Origin: Dehalococcoidia bacterium
GTDB lineage: Bacteria; Chloroflexota; Dehalococcoidia; JAUQQI01
Assembly: GCA_034434875.1 (NCBI GenBank)
Contig: DAOTYJ010000142.1
Coordinates: 3,926 to 67,925 of the forward strand
Direction: 5' to 3'
DNA length: 64,000 bases
How positions within the stretch are numbered: the stretch's first letter is position 1; each line of letters opens with the position of its first letter. A program made the translations under genes and the position numbers. This document shows, piece after piece, positions 36,793-46,263 of the stretch. Under the pieces are notes generated by a model. That model did not search any database. It was not told where the DNA came from and was given only the letters and a program-made list of their open reading frames with translations.

Positions 36793-36865
36793 ATACTACC
36801 CCGCCCGACCCCGATTTGCCAAATACCCCCCGCCTTTGAAGGGGGGCCGGGCCGGCGGCTATAAT
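36793..36865. promoter_or_regulatory. Back-to-back SigA-type promoters
   Basis: Minus strand TTGGCA-18-TAGTAT (36822-36793); plus strand TTGAAG-18-TATAAT (36836-36865). Confidence 0.65.
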
Positions 36866-36895
36866 TTTGCAAACCTGTGGCCCAGGAGCCGGCCC

Positions 36896-38842
36896 ATGTC
36901 GCCACGTCCCCTCAAAATCGAAGACCTTTACGGCCTCAAAAACCTGGCCGACGTCCAGTTCCACCCCGACGGCGACCGGCTGGCCTACGTGGTCACCGAG
37001 ACCGACCCCGAGGCCAACGACTACCGCAGCGCCGTCTGGGTAACCTGGCTCGGCACCGGCGAGGCCCGCAAGTTCACCCAGGGAACCAAAAGGGACACCT
37101 TCCCCCGCTGGTCCCCGGACGGCCGCTGGCTCGCCTTTCTTTCGGACCGGGGCGGTGATAAGCCCCAGGTCTGGGTCATGCCGGCCGACGGGGGCGAGCC
37201 CCGCCAGCTAACCCGCCTGCGCCGGGGGGTTATCGAGTTCGCCTGGGCCCCCGATTCCCGCCGCCTGGCCCTGGTAAGCCGGGGCGACGACCCCGAACCG
37301 GAATCGGACGTCCGGGTTGTAACCACCGTCAAGTACAAGTTCGACGGGGTCGGCTTCCTCGAGGGCCGCACCCACATCTGGACGGTGGACCTGGCCGGCA
37401 ACGTCGCCCAGGTCACCGACGGCGACTGGGACGACAGCCGTCCGGCCTGGTCCCCCGACGGCCGCCGGATCGCCTTCGCCTCCAACCGCTCGGCCGAGCG
37501 GGATTTCACCCTGCGGACCGACATCTTCGTCGTCCCGGCCGAGGGGGGTGAGGCCCGCCAGCTCACCCCCGGCAACGGCGACGCCGACGCCCCGAGCTGG
37601 TCCCCCGACGGCCGGCTCATCGCCTACGTCGGCCACGACCGGGGCCGGCTGACCGGGGCCAACAACCGCCTCTGGGTAGTCCCCGCCGAGGGCGGGCCGC
37701 CCCGGAACCTGACCCCCGACTGGGACCCCTCCATCGGCGTCTTTATCATGGGCAGTCTGCCCGGCCCCATTCAGCCCCACGCCCCCATCTGGACCCCCGA
37801 CGGCCGGGGGCTTGTGGTTACGGCCGCCGACCGGGGCAACACCCATATCTTTAAAGTCGACCTGGCCGGGAACATCACCCGGCTGGTGGGCGGGGAGCGG
37901 ACCTGCCTTTACGCCGGCCTCTCCCCCGACGGCGGCCGGCTGGCCTTCATCGCCGGGGACAGCCTCAATCCCCGGGAGCTCTTCCTCCTCGAGGGCGGGG
38001 AGGAGCGGCGGTTAACCCGGCTCAACGCCGATTTTCTGGCCGAAATCAGCCTGGTCCGGCCCGAGCGGTTCGTTTACCCCGGGGCCGACGGCCTCGAGAT
38101 TGAGGGCTGGGTGATGAAACCCTTGGGCTTTGAGGCCGGCAAACGCTACCCCCTCATCCTGCACGTCCACGGCGGGCCCCACGCCGCCTACGGCAACAAC
38201 TTTATGTTCGATTTTCAGCTGGAGGCGGCCGCCGGCTACGTGGTGCTTTATACCAACCCCCGGGCCAGCCAGGGCTACGGCGAGGCCTTCGCCACCATGA
38301 ACATCGGCCACTGGGGCGGCAAGGATTTCGAGGACCTGATGCGGGGGGTCGATTTCATCCTGGCCCAGGGTTACGTCGACCCGGGCCGCCTCGGCATCAC
38401 CGGGGCCAGCTACGGGGGCTTCATGACCAACTGGGCGGTGGGCCACACCGACCGCTTCCGGGCGGCCGTCACCGAAAACAGCCTGTCTAACCTGCTGAGC
38501 TTTTACGGAACCAGCGACATCGGGACCTGGTTTTCCGAGGCCGAGCTCGGGGCCGACCCCTTCGACCGGCCGGAAGTCTACCTGGGGCGCTCGCCCATAA
38601 GCTACGTGAAAAATATCAAAACGCCCCTGCTCATTATCCACGCCGAGGCCGACCACCGGTGTCCCATCGAGCAGGCCGAACAGCTTTTCGTCGCCCTCAA
38701 GCGGCTGGGCAAGGAGGCCCTTTTTATCCGCTTTCCGGCCGAGAGCCACGGCATGCGCAGTGCGGGCAAGCCCCGTCACCGCACCGAACGGCTCCGGCAC
38801 ATCCTGGACTGGTTTAATAAATACTTACAGCCTGCCGGCTAA
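36896..38842 (+). CDS. S9 family peptidase (acylaminoacyl-peptidase-like) with beta-propeller
   Basis: PD40-like WSPDG repeats, VHGGPH, TGASYGG, EADHRC, ESH; ATG at 36896. Confidence 0.93.
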   Translation: MSPRPLKIEDLYGLKNLADVQFHPDGDRLAYVVTETDPEANDYRSAVWVTWLGTGEARKFTQGTKRDTFPRWSPDGRWLAFLSDRGGDKPQVWVMPADGGEPRQLTRLRRGVIEFAWAPDSRRLALVSRGDDPEPESDVRVVTTVKYKFDGVGFLEGRTHIWTVDLAGNVAQVTDGDWDDSRPAWSPDGRRIAFASNRSAERDFTLRTDIFVVPAEGGEARQLTPGNGDADAPSWSPDGRLIAYVGHDRGRLTGANNRLWVVPAEGGPPRNLTPDWDPSIGVFIMGSLPGPIQPHAPIWTPDGRGLVVTAADRGNTHIFKVDLAGNITRLVGGERTCLYAGLSPDGGRLAFIAGDSLNPRELFLLEGGEERRLTRLNADFLAEISLVRPERFVYPGADGLEIEGWVMKPLGFEAGKRYPLILHVHGGPHAAYGNNFMFDFQLEAAAGYVVLYTNPRASQGYGEAFATMNIGHWGGKDFEDLMRGVDFILAQGYVDPGRLGITGASYGGFMTNWAVGHTDRFRAAVTENSLSNLLSFYGTSDIGTWFSEAELGADPFDRPEVYLGRSPISYVKNIKTPLLIIHAEADHRCPIEQAEQLFVALKRLGKEALFIRFPAESHGMRSAGKPRHRTERLRHILDWFNKYLQPAG

Positions 38843-38854
38843 AGGAGGTGTCCG

Positions 38855-39262
38855 ATGCTTAACGGCGTCCACCACGTTGCCTACGTGGTCCGGGACCTGG
38901 ACCGGGCCATCCGGATGTTCGAGGAGAAGTTCGGCCTCAAACTGCTCGACCGCAAGCGGACCCCGGAGGAAGGCTACGGCTTTGATGCGGCCGTCCTGCA
39001 GGCCGGGCAGGTTAAGATCGAGCTCATCTGCCCCTACACCGAGCGGTCCCCCTACTGGCAGGCCCTCCAGGAGCGGGGCGACCACCTCCACCACGTGGCC
39101 TTCAGCACCCCGGTCCCCCTGGACGAGGCGATAAAAGCCCTCTCGGCCCGGGGCGTGAAGTTCCGGGAGGAGGCCTCCTTCCAGAGCCCGGTGGGCTGGT
39201 GGATCGTCAACATCGACCCGGCCTCCACCGACGGCCTGGTGGTCCAGCTGGGCGAAAGGTAG
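38855..39262 (+). CDS. VOC/glyoxalase family protein (methylmalonyl-CoA epimerase-like)
   Basis: HHVAYVVRDLD, IELI, HLHHVAF; AAGGAGG RBS. Confidence 0.87.
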   Translation: MLNGVHHVAYVVRDLDRAIRMFEEKFGLKLLDRKRTPEEGYGFDAAVLQAGQVKIELICPYTERSPYWQALQERGDHLHHVAFSTPVPLDEAIKALSARGVKFREEASFQSPVGWWIVNIDPASTDGLVVQLGER

Positions 39263-39266
39263 CCGC

Positions 39267-40523
39267 CTAATCGGAGGGGCGGGGGGCGGTCCCGGCCGGG
39301 GCGGCCAGGGGGGCGGCCGCCTCCCGAACCCCGAGCAGCAGCCCGAACCCCACCCAGAAGACGACAAACAAAACCAGGACCGCAACCCGGTAGCTGGTCG
39401 TTCCCAGGTCGGCGAAGGCGGTCAGGGTGAGGCCCCAGAGGACCGGGCCGACCACCGCCGCCACCCGGCCCACCAGCACGTAGAGGCCGAAGAACTCCCC
39501 GACCCGCTCGGGCGGGGCCAGCCGGGTGAGCATTACCCGGTCGCAGGCCCCCACCGCCCCGAGGCTGATGCCCGTAAGGACGGCCAGGGCAAAAAAGACC
39601 GGTTTTTCCGTAGCCGTCATTGCCCCGATAAATACGGCCGCCCACTGGGCCAGAATGATTATCAGGGTCCGCTTAACCCCCAGCCGGTCGGCGACCCAGC
39701 CGTAGGCCAGGGCGCCGGGCAGGGCGCAGGCGGTGGACAGGATGACGATGAGCTGAAGCTCCGAGGTGGTGAAATTGGCGACCCGGGTTAAAAAGACCGC
39801 GATAAAGGCCATAAGGGTTGCGATGGCATCCTCGTAGAAAACCGGGCCAGAATAAACTTAAAAAGCTCCTTATACCGCCCGGCCTGGCGGATGGTATCCA
39901 CTGCCTGACGGTATGAGGCCCGGACGTGGTCCCAGGACCAGGGCGCCCGGGGGCCGGTATCCCGGACCAGCAGAAAACAGGGCAGGGCGAAGGCAAAAAA
40001 GGCCAGGGCGGCCGGAAGGAAGGCCGCCGACCGGCCCCCGGCGTCCACGAAGGGCTTTATCAGGAGCACCCCGAGGACGTTTCCCAGGTAGCCGGCCCCA
40101 ATTCCCACCCCCGACGCCAGGCCCCGCCTCCCGGCCGGGCTGACGTCGGGCAGGAGGGCGTTGTAAAAGACGCCCGCGGCCATGTAGCCGAAAGTGGGCC
40201 ACCCCAAAGAGGGCCAGGGCCTCGGCCCCGGACCGGGCCGCGACCCCGAGAACCGCCCCCGGGACGATGCAGAGGAGGGTGGACAGAACCAGGAACGGCA
40301 TCCGCCGGCCGTAGCGGTCGGAGACGGCCCCGAGCAGGGGCGACGAGAGGGCGACCAGGAGCATCAGCCCCGAATAAACCAGGCTGTAGGCCAGCTCGGG
40401 GGTTTTGAGCTCCTCGGTGACCCAGAGCAGAAAATAGAGGGTGAGGATATTAATGGCCCAGAGGCTGTTGGCAAAGTCATACGAGGCCCAGGCCAGGAGC
40501 CGGACCACGGCCGAAAGACCCAT
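39267..40523 (-). pseudogene. MFS transporter (Atg22/UMF1-like) broken by two frameshifts
   Basis: WASYDFANS...SDRYGRR, then +1 shift near 40195, FYNALLPDV...GYLG, then -1 shift in an A4 run near 39840, then the C-terminal half. Confidence 0.8.
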
Positions 40524-40560
40524 GTTAAAAATCCCCCTGCTCGTCGGCAGAATCAGCCCG

Positions 40561-40589
40561 ATTATATGGGTTGGCCGGCGGCGTGTCAA
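40561..40589 (-). promoter_or_regulatory. Consensus SigA promoter of the MFS gene
   Basis: TTGACA-17-TATAAT. Confidence 0.8.
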
Positions 40590-40603
40590 AGGTTCCCGAC
40601 AAG

Positions 40604-40640
40604 CCGGCTGCGACCGGCTTTAGGGGCCGGTCGCAGCCGG
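40604..40640 (-). terminator. Hairpin after the cupredoxin-fusion gene
   Basis: 15-bp perfect stem CCGGCTGCGACCGGC / GCCGGTCGCAGCCGG; weak U tract. Confidence 0.6.
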
Positions 40641-40665
40641 TCGGGCTAGGGGGATGCCGTTAGCC

Positions 40666-41826
40666 TTACCTGACGGCGGTTCCGTCCGGCCGCAGGACAA
40701 ACCAGACTCCGGCCACGTTCTGGCCCCGGGTATCCCCGGGCTGGGCGTCCTGGAACCAGTAGTAGAGGGGCCAGCCGTTGTAGGTCACCTGGAGGGCGCC
40801 GTCGGCCCGGGTGGTAACCCCCAGAAGGTCGGGCCTTACGCCGGGCCCGGCCAGGGGCCGGTCGGTGGTGAGCAGCGGCGGCCAGTTGGCGGCGCAGGTA
40901 CCGTAGCAGTTCGAGGTCGACGTTTCCCGGACGTCCCGGGCGAACATGTAGAGGGTCATACCCCGCTCGTCCACCAGGATGGTGCCCAGGGCCGTGCCGG
41001 CCGCCCTGACGGTGGGCCTGGCGGCCGCCGGCGTAACCACGATGGGCCCGGTCCAGCTCCCGGGCGGGCTGTTATTATAGAAATTGACCCAGGCGTAGCT
41101 TGAGGCCGAGGCCCCCGGGACCTCAACGGTCAACGTATAGGGCCCGACCACCGCCCCACCCCGGATGCCCGAAACGTTGTTCCAGCCGATGCCGCCCTGG
41201 CCGTCCAGGCCGCACTGCCGCCAGTCGGTCCGGTGGGTACCGTACTGACAGAAGAGGAGCCTGGCACCCGCGGGCAGTCGGGCCTTAACCTCGTAGCTGT
41301 AGGTTCGGTCACTGCGGTTAGCCACCAGCATCACGAAGGTTACCCGGTTGCCGGTCTGGGCTGCCCGCATCTCAACGGTTACCGGCGGCCAGCCTGGGGT
41401 AAGAAGGCCGGGGAGGGCAGCAGGGGCGGGCATTGGGGCGGGTGTGGGCACCGGCTGACCCGGGGCCTGAACAACTATCACCCCGGACATGCCCTGGCCG
41501 CCGGGTCCGCCGTGGGGCCGGCAGTAATACGGGTATGTGCCCGGCTGCTGAAAGGTCCGCTGGTAGGAGCCCCCCGGCTGGATGAGGCCCGAATCGAAAC
41601 TGCCGTCGTCGGCCGTAACGGTGTGGGCCACCGGGTCCTGATTTACCCAGACCACCGTTGTCCCCGGGGTAATCGTAATCGTCCGGGGATTAAAGGCAAT
41701 ATTGCGCATCTCAACGGTTATCGGTTGGGCCTCGGCTTTAGGAACGCCGAATTGGGCCGGAACTACCGGCACCATAGCCAGCAGAATCGCCACCAGAACC
41801 ACGAATCGGCTGAAAAGCCTGAGCAT
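40666..41826 (-). CDS. Secreted multidomain protein: cupredoxin, Ig-like middle domain, COG4315/Lipoprotein_15-type repeats
   Basis: Signal peptide, HTVT...YCRPHGGPGGQGM, C-terminal TLYMF..D...CYGTCAANWPP and QVTYNGWPLYY. Confidence 0.85.
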   Translation of the reverse strand: MLRLFSRFVVLVAILLAMVPVVPAQFGVPKAEAQPITVEMRNIAFNPRTITITPGTTVVWVNQDPVAHTVTADDGSFDSGLIQPGGSYQRTFQQPGTYPYYCRPHGGPGGQGMSGVIVVQAPGQPVPTPAPMPAPAALPGLLTPGWPPVTVEMRAAQTGNRVTFVMLVANRSDRTYSYEVKARLPAGARLLFCQYGTHRTDWRQCGLDGQGGIGWNNVSGIRGGAVVGPYTLTVEVPGASASSYAWVNFYNNSPPGSWTGPIVVTPAAARPTVRAAGTALGTILVDERGMTLYMFARDVRETSTSNCYGTCAANWPPLLTTDRPLAGPGVRPDLLGVTTRADGALQVTYNGWPLYYWFQDAQPGDTRGQNVAGVWFVLRPDGTAVR

Positions 41827-41968
41827 TCGTTCCCTCTCCCGTCTCAATTTCTGGGTCGGTATTTCGAGGAATAGTTAACAGTTGCCCCCTTAAGGCTCAC
41901 CTCCTTCCAAGCCGGGCTGTAGTTTCCACCCTAAATACGTCCCAGGGTCCCGGTCGGATTCATCCGGC

Positions 41969-41988
41969 CGGGGGCAAATTTGCCCCCG
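41969..41988. promoter_or_regulatory. Perfect 20-bp palindrome, candidate operator
   Basis: CGGGGGCAAATTTGCCCCCG between divergent cupredoxin genes. Confidence 0.55.
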
Positions 41989-42060
41989 CCATTGGGTTTC
42001 GCCCGTCCCGCGCGCCCGCAGATCTGTCCCGCCGCCCGGTTCGTATCTTAAAATGGGGAG

Positions 42061-42723
42061 GTGACAGGTCTGTTCGGCCGCCTGCTTTTTATTTTGGTCT
42101 GTCTGCTGGCTACGGGGACAGGGGGCGACGTCCCCAGTGCGGCCGCCCGGCTGGCAGTCGAAGTTACGGTTGAGATGCGAGACATCGCGTTTAACCCCCG
42201 GATGGTGACCGTCCCCCCGGGTACCGCTGTGGTCTGGGTTAACCGGGACCCCTTCGACCACACCGTTACGGCCGACGACGGCAGTTTCAACTCCGGTCTT
42301 ATCCCACCAGGGGGTACATTCCGGCTCACGTTTCAGCGGCCGGGGAGGTATCCGTATTACTGTATCCCCCACGGCGGGCCGGGCGGGGTGGGGATGTCGG
42401 GGGTTGTCGTCGTCGGGGCGCCCCAGCCGACGCCCGGGCCGCCCCCGCCGACGCCGGCCCCGCCGGCTCCAACGCCTGTCCCCGTCCGTCCGACGCCCGT
42501 CCCGCCCACACCCACCCCGATCCCCCCGACGCCCACCCCGGAGCCGAGCCCTACCCCCACCCGGACCCCGGTGCCCCCAACCCCAACCTTTACCCCCAGC
42601 CCCACGCCCGCAACGGCCCCACCCGACTCCGGCCCGCCGGCGGGCCTCCTCCTGGGCGGGGCGGCCGCCGTCATCCTGGGGGCGGCCGGCTTCGCCCTCC
42701 GGCGCCTCCTTGGCCGCCGCTAG
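42061..42723 (+). CDS. Surface cupredoxin with Pro/Thr stalk and C-terminal membrane anchor
   Basis: Signal peptide, HTVT...YCIPHGGPGGVGM, PTP repeats, TM segment plus RRLLGRR tail. Confidence 0.87.
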   Translation: MTGLFGRLLFILVCLLATGTGGDVPSAAARLAVEVTVEMRDIAFNPRMVTVPPGTAVVWVNRDPFDHTVTADDGSFNSGLIPPGGTFRLTFQRPGRYPYYCIPHGGPGGVGMSGVVVVGAPQPTPGPPPPTPAPPAPTPVPVRPTPVPPTPTPIPPTPTPEPSPTPTRTPVPPTPTFTPSPTPATAPPDSGPPAGLLLGGAAAVILGAAGFALRRLLGRR

Positions 42724-42792
42724 GCCCCGTTTGACCCGGCATCCGACCGCCCTTTAAAATGCTTGCAACCGTTGCCCGATTGAGGCCGCCCT

Positions 42793-43869
42793 TTGAATGC
42801 CGACCGGCGCCCGGGAATTTTATGGACCCTCACCGCCCTGCTGGCCCTCGGCCTCTGGGGACTCATCGCCCCCCTGGCCGGCCAGGGGCAGGAGCTGCTG
42901 GTCAACGGCGGCTTTGAGGACCCCCTGGGCCCGCCCTGGTATTTCACCCCCAACCTCCAGCCCCAGCGGGTTGCCGACCCCAAGTTCGAGGGAAGCTACG
43001 GCCTGAAGCTGACCGTAACCGACGGCCGGGTGGGGGAGCTCTGGCAGACGGTCTCCCCGGTGCCGGGGGCCGGAACCTACGAGCTTTCGGCCTGGGTTAT
43101 GGGCGGCGAAAACGTCGGGGCCATCCGGGTGATTGCCGAGTGGTACCCCTCGGCCGACGCCACCGGCCCCCTCCTTCGGGACTACTGGCTGGTTTACACC
43201 GGGACGGCGGGGCTTCTCGCCGGCCAGGCCGTTGTCGACGGCCCGGCCGCCAGCGCCCGGGTGCGGGTCAGGCCCGAGCCGGCCGCCGGCCTGACGGCCA
43301 CCATGTTCGTCGACGGCGTAAGCCTCAAGTTCCTGGCGGCCGCCCACTACGGGCCCGGCAGCCTGGTGATTAACGAGTTTCTTTACGACGCCGGGATTTC
43401 CGGCTGCGGCACCGACTGCGAGTGGGTGGAGCTGGTCAACCCCACCGGAAACCCCATCGACCTGCGGAACTGGACCCTGGGCGATAACGGCCGGTCGGAC
43501 CCCCTTCCCGGGGCGGTCATCCCGCCCGGGGGCGTGGCCGTGATTGCGGCCACGGCCGGGGCCATCACCCCCCAGGCCGAAAACCCCTTCGTCCTGGTGG
43601 TGATGCCCACCGGCCGCATCGGCAACGGCCTGAGCAACGAGGGCGACCGGCTGGTCTTGCGGGCGCCGGACGGCACCGTCGTTGCCGCCTTGAGCTACGG
43701 GGCCGACGGCGCCTACCCGCCGGCCCTGCCCCTCGTCCGGCCCGGGTGGTCCCTGGAGCGGCTGCCGGCCGCAACCGGCCCCTTCCGGCCCAACCCCCAG
43801 CCTTCGGCCGGCCGGCTGAGTCCGATTTGCTCCCTGGGCTGGCTGCCGGCCGTAATCGGCAGGAGGTGA
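42793..43869 (+). CDS. Secreted protein with CBM-like beta-sandwich and lamin tail domain
   Basis: Signal peptide, ELLVNGGFE, LVINEFLY...EWVELVNP...IDLRNWTL; TTGACC-18-TAAAAT promoter at 42731-42760. Confidence 0.8.
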   Translation: MNADRRPGILWTLTALLALGLWGLIAPLAGQGQELLVNGGFEDPLGPPWYFTPNLQPQRVADPKFEGSYGLKLTVTDGRVGELWQTVSPVPGAGTYELSAWVMGGENVGAIRVIAEWYPSADATGPLLRDYWLVYTGTAGLLAGQAVVDGPAASARVRVRPEPAAGLTATMFVDGVSLKFLAAAHYGPGSLVINEFLYDAGISGCGTDCEWVELVNPTGNPIDLRNWTLGDNGRSDPLPGAVIPPGGVAVIAATAGAITPQAENPFVLVVMPTGRIGNGLSNEGDRLVLRAPDGTVVAALSYGADGAYPPALPLVRPGWSLERLPAATGPFRPNPQPSAGRLSPICSLGWLPAVIGRR

Positions 43870-43921
43870 GGGAGCGGCCGGGCGGGCAGTGGGCCGGGCC
43901 CGGTTTTGGTTAAAATAACCC

Positions 43922-45061
43922 TTGGAGCCCGTGCGCCGCGTACTTATCGTGATGTCCCAGACGGGAGGGGGCCACCGGAGCGCCGCGCTGGCCCTCGCCC
44001 GGGCCTTCGGGTATCTCTACGACGGCTACGTTCAGGTCGAGGTCGTGGACATCTTCCGGAGCGGCCGCCGGACCGTCTGGGAGAAGCTCACCGACCTTTA
44101 CGGGCCGATAACGGTCCATTCGCCGGCCCTCTGGGCCCTCATCTGGCACCTCTTCCGCCAGAAGGCCGGCTTCGAGGCGGTGGTTCGGGCCGCCGCCCCC
44201 GCCCTTCTGCCCAAGGTCCGGGGCCTCCTGGCCGAGGCCAGGCCCGACCTGGTGGTATCGGTCCACCCCCTGGCCAACCCCCTCCTGGTCCGGGCCCGGC
44301 CCCAGGTCAACCCCCGACTCCCCATGGCCGTGGTTTACACCGACCTGGTGGTGGTTCACCCGGGCTGGCGCTACCCGGGCTTTCAGCTGTACACCGCCGC
44401 CAGCAAGCCGGCCTGGGAGGAGTTCGTCCGCCACGGCCTGCCCCCCGACCGGGTCCTCCTGACCGGCCTGCCCGTGGATATCCGATTCGCCCTCCATCGG
44501 CTTGCCCCCGCCCAGGCCCGGGAAAACCTGGGCCTTGAGCCCGACCGGTTCACCCTGCTGGTGGTCGGGGGGGCCGAGGGGGTCGGCAAGATCGGCCGGG
44601 TCGTAAAGGTTGCCCGCCAGACCTGCCCCGACGCCCAGATTCTGGTGGTCTGCGGCCGCAACCGGGCCCTTTACCGCCGACTGGCGGCCCAGGCCGACCC
44701 CCTGATGCGGGTCTACGGCTTCGTCGAAAACATCTGGGAGCTTATGGCCGCCGCCGACGTCCTCCTGACCAAGGCCGGGCCGATGACCATCGGCGAGGGC
44801 CTGGCCGCCGGCAAGCCCCTGGTCTTTATCAGCTACATCCCGGGCCACGAGGAGGGCAACGCCGCCTACGTCGTCGGGGCCGGGGCCGGGCGGATGGGCC
44901 TTAAGCCCCGGGAACTGCGGGCCGAACTGGAAAGGCTCCGGTCCGACCCGGCCTACCGGGCGGCCATGACCGAACGGGCCGCCCAACTCGGCCGCCCGGC
45001 CGCCGCCCTGGAGATTGGCCGCCTCCTCGGCTCCCGACTCCTCGGCCTGGGCGCCGACTGA
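43922..45061 (+). CDS. GT28 diacylglycerol glycosyltransferase (MGDG synthase/UgtP-like)
   Basis: TGGGHRSAA, VVSVHP, VCGRN, GFVEN, LLTKAGP, PGHEEGN. Confidence 0.9.
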   Translation: MEPVRRVLIVMSQTGGGHRSAALALARAFGYLYDGYVQVEVVDIFRSGRRTVWEKLTDLYGPITVHSPALWALIWHLFRQKAGFEAVVRAAAPALLPKVRGLLAEARPDLVVSVHPLANPLLVRARPQVNPRLPMAVVYTDLVVVHPGWRYPGFQLYTAASKPAWEEFVRHGLPPDRVLLTGLPVDIRFALHRLAPAQARENLGLEPDRFTLLVVGGAEGVGKIGRVVKVARQTCPDAQILVVCGRNRALYRRLAAQADPLMRVYGFVENIWELMAAADVLLTKAGPMTIGEGLAAGKPLVFISYIPGHEEGNAAYVVGAGAGRMGLKPRELRAELERLRSDPAYRAAMTERAAQLGRPAAALEIGRLLGSRLLGLGAD

Positions 45062-46263
45062 TGGTGCCGCGTCCGCTGCTGGCCGTTTCGGTTACGGCGG
45101 CCTTAAGCCTGCTGGGCGACTCGATGCTTTACGCCGTCCTGCCCGCCTATTACCCGGAGTGGGGCCTGCCCCTCTTCGGGGTGGGGATCATCCTGTCGGT
45201 CAACCGGTTCATCCGGCTGCTTTCCAACCCGGTCGCCGGCCGCTGGTTCCAGCGGGCCGGGCCGAAAACCCCCTTTCTTACCGGGGCCCTCGGGGCGGCC
45301 CTCACCACGGCCGCCTATGCCCTCGTCCACGGCCTGGGGCCCTTCGCCGTCAGCCGGCTGGCCTGGGGCTGCTGCTGGTCCCTGATCCGGCTCGGGGGCT
45401 ACACCGCCGCCCTGGAGTTCTCCACGGCCGCCACCCGGGGCCGGCTGATGGGCATCTTTTCGGGCGTCTCCCGCCTCGGCAGCCTGGCCGGCACCCTGCT
45501 GGGGGGCCTCCTGGCCGACCTGGCGGGACCCCGGCCCACCCTGGGCCTTTTCGCCCTGGCCACGGCCGGGGGCGGGCTTCTGGCCTGGGCCGAACTGCGG
45601 GGGGTGGGGCGGGGGGGCTGGAAGGCCGGGCCCGCCGGCCAGCCAGCCCCAAGGGTCGGGGGCGGCCCCCTCTGGGGCCGGTACTACCCGGTTTACCTGG
45701 CCGGCTTCGCCAGCGGCTTCCTCGGGCCGGGCCTGGTGGCCTCAACCCTGGGCCTGGTCCTCCGGGAAACCACCGGCAGTGCCGCGGGCATCGCCAGCCT
45801 GACCGGCGCCCTGCTGGCCGTCCGCTGGGCCGTCGACCTGGGCTTCAGCCCCACCGCCGGCTACCTTTCGGACCGCCTCGGGCGGCTCCGGGTCGCCCTG
45901 GCCGCCTTCGGGGCGGCCCTGGCCGCCCTCGGTTTCGTCCGCCTTTTGCCCCTTGTCCTGGCCGCCGCCGTCCTGGCCTACCTGGCCGACGTCGCCCTGG
46001 CCGTGGTCCTCGACGCCCTGGCCGGCGACCTGGCCCCGATGGGGGCCCGGGCCTGGGCCATGAGCGTCTTTGCCACCTTCAAAGACCTCGGTTCGGCCAG
46101 CGGTCCGCTCCTCGGCTACGCCCTCATCGGCTGGCTCGGCCTGGCCGGGGGATACGTCCTCGGAATCGGCCTGGCCGGGGCCGCCGCCCTGGGCCTCGCC
46201 CTGAAAGCCGCCGCCCTGACCGCCCAACCCTCACCGGGGAGTCTTCGGGATGACGGAGCCTGA
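45061..46263 (+). CDS. MFS transporter
   Basis: About 12 hydrophobic segments, SLLGDSMLY, SDRLGR motif A. Confidence 0.87.
   Translation: MVPRPLLAVSVTAALSLLGDSMLYAVLPAYYPEWGLPLFGVGIILSVNRFIRLLSNPVAGRWFQRAGPKTPFLTGALGAALTTAAYALVHGLGPFAVSRLAWGCCWSLIRLGGYTAALEFSTAATRGRLMGIFSGVSRLGSLAGTLLGGLLADLAGPRPTLGLFALATAGGGLLAWAELRGVGRGGWKAGPAGQPAPRVGGGPLWGRYYPVYLAGFASGFLGPGLVASTLGLVLRETTGSAAGIASLTGALLAVRWAVDLGFSPTAGYLSDRLGRLRVALAAFGAALAALGFVRLLPLVLAAAVLAYLADVALAVVLDALAGDLAPMGARAWAMSVFATFKDLGSASGPLLGYALIGWLGLAGGYVLGIGLAGAAALGLALKAAALTAQPSPGSLRDDGA

Noticed and set aside
42420-42620. Periodic C-rich DNA resembling a repeat array
   Set aside because: It encodes the Pro/Thr stalk; there are no identical repeats with unique spacers, so it is not CRISPR.
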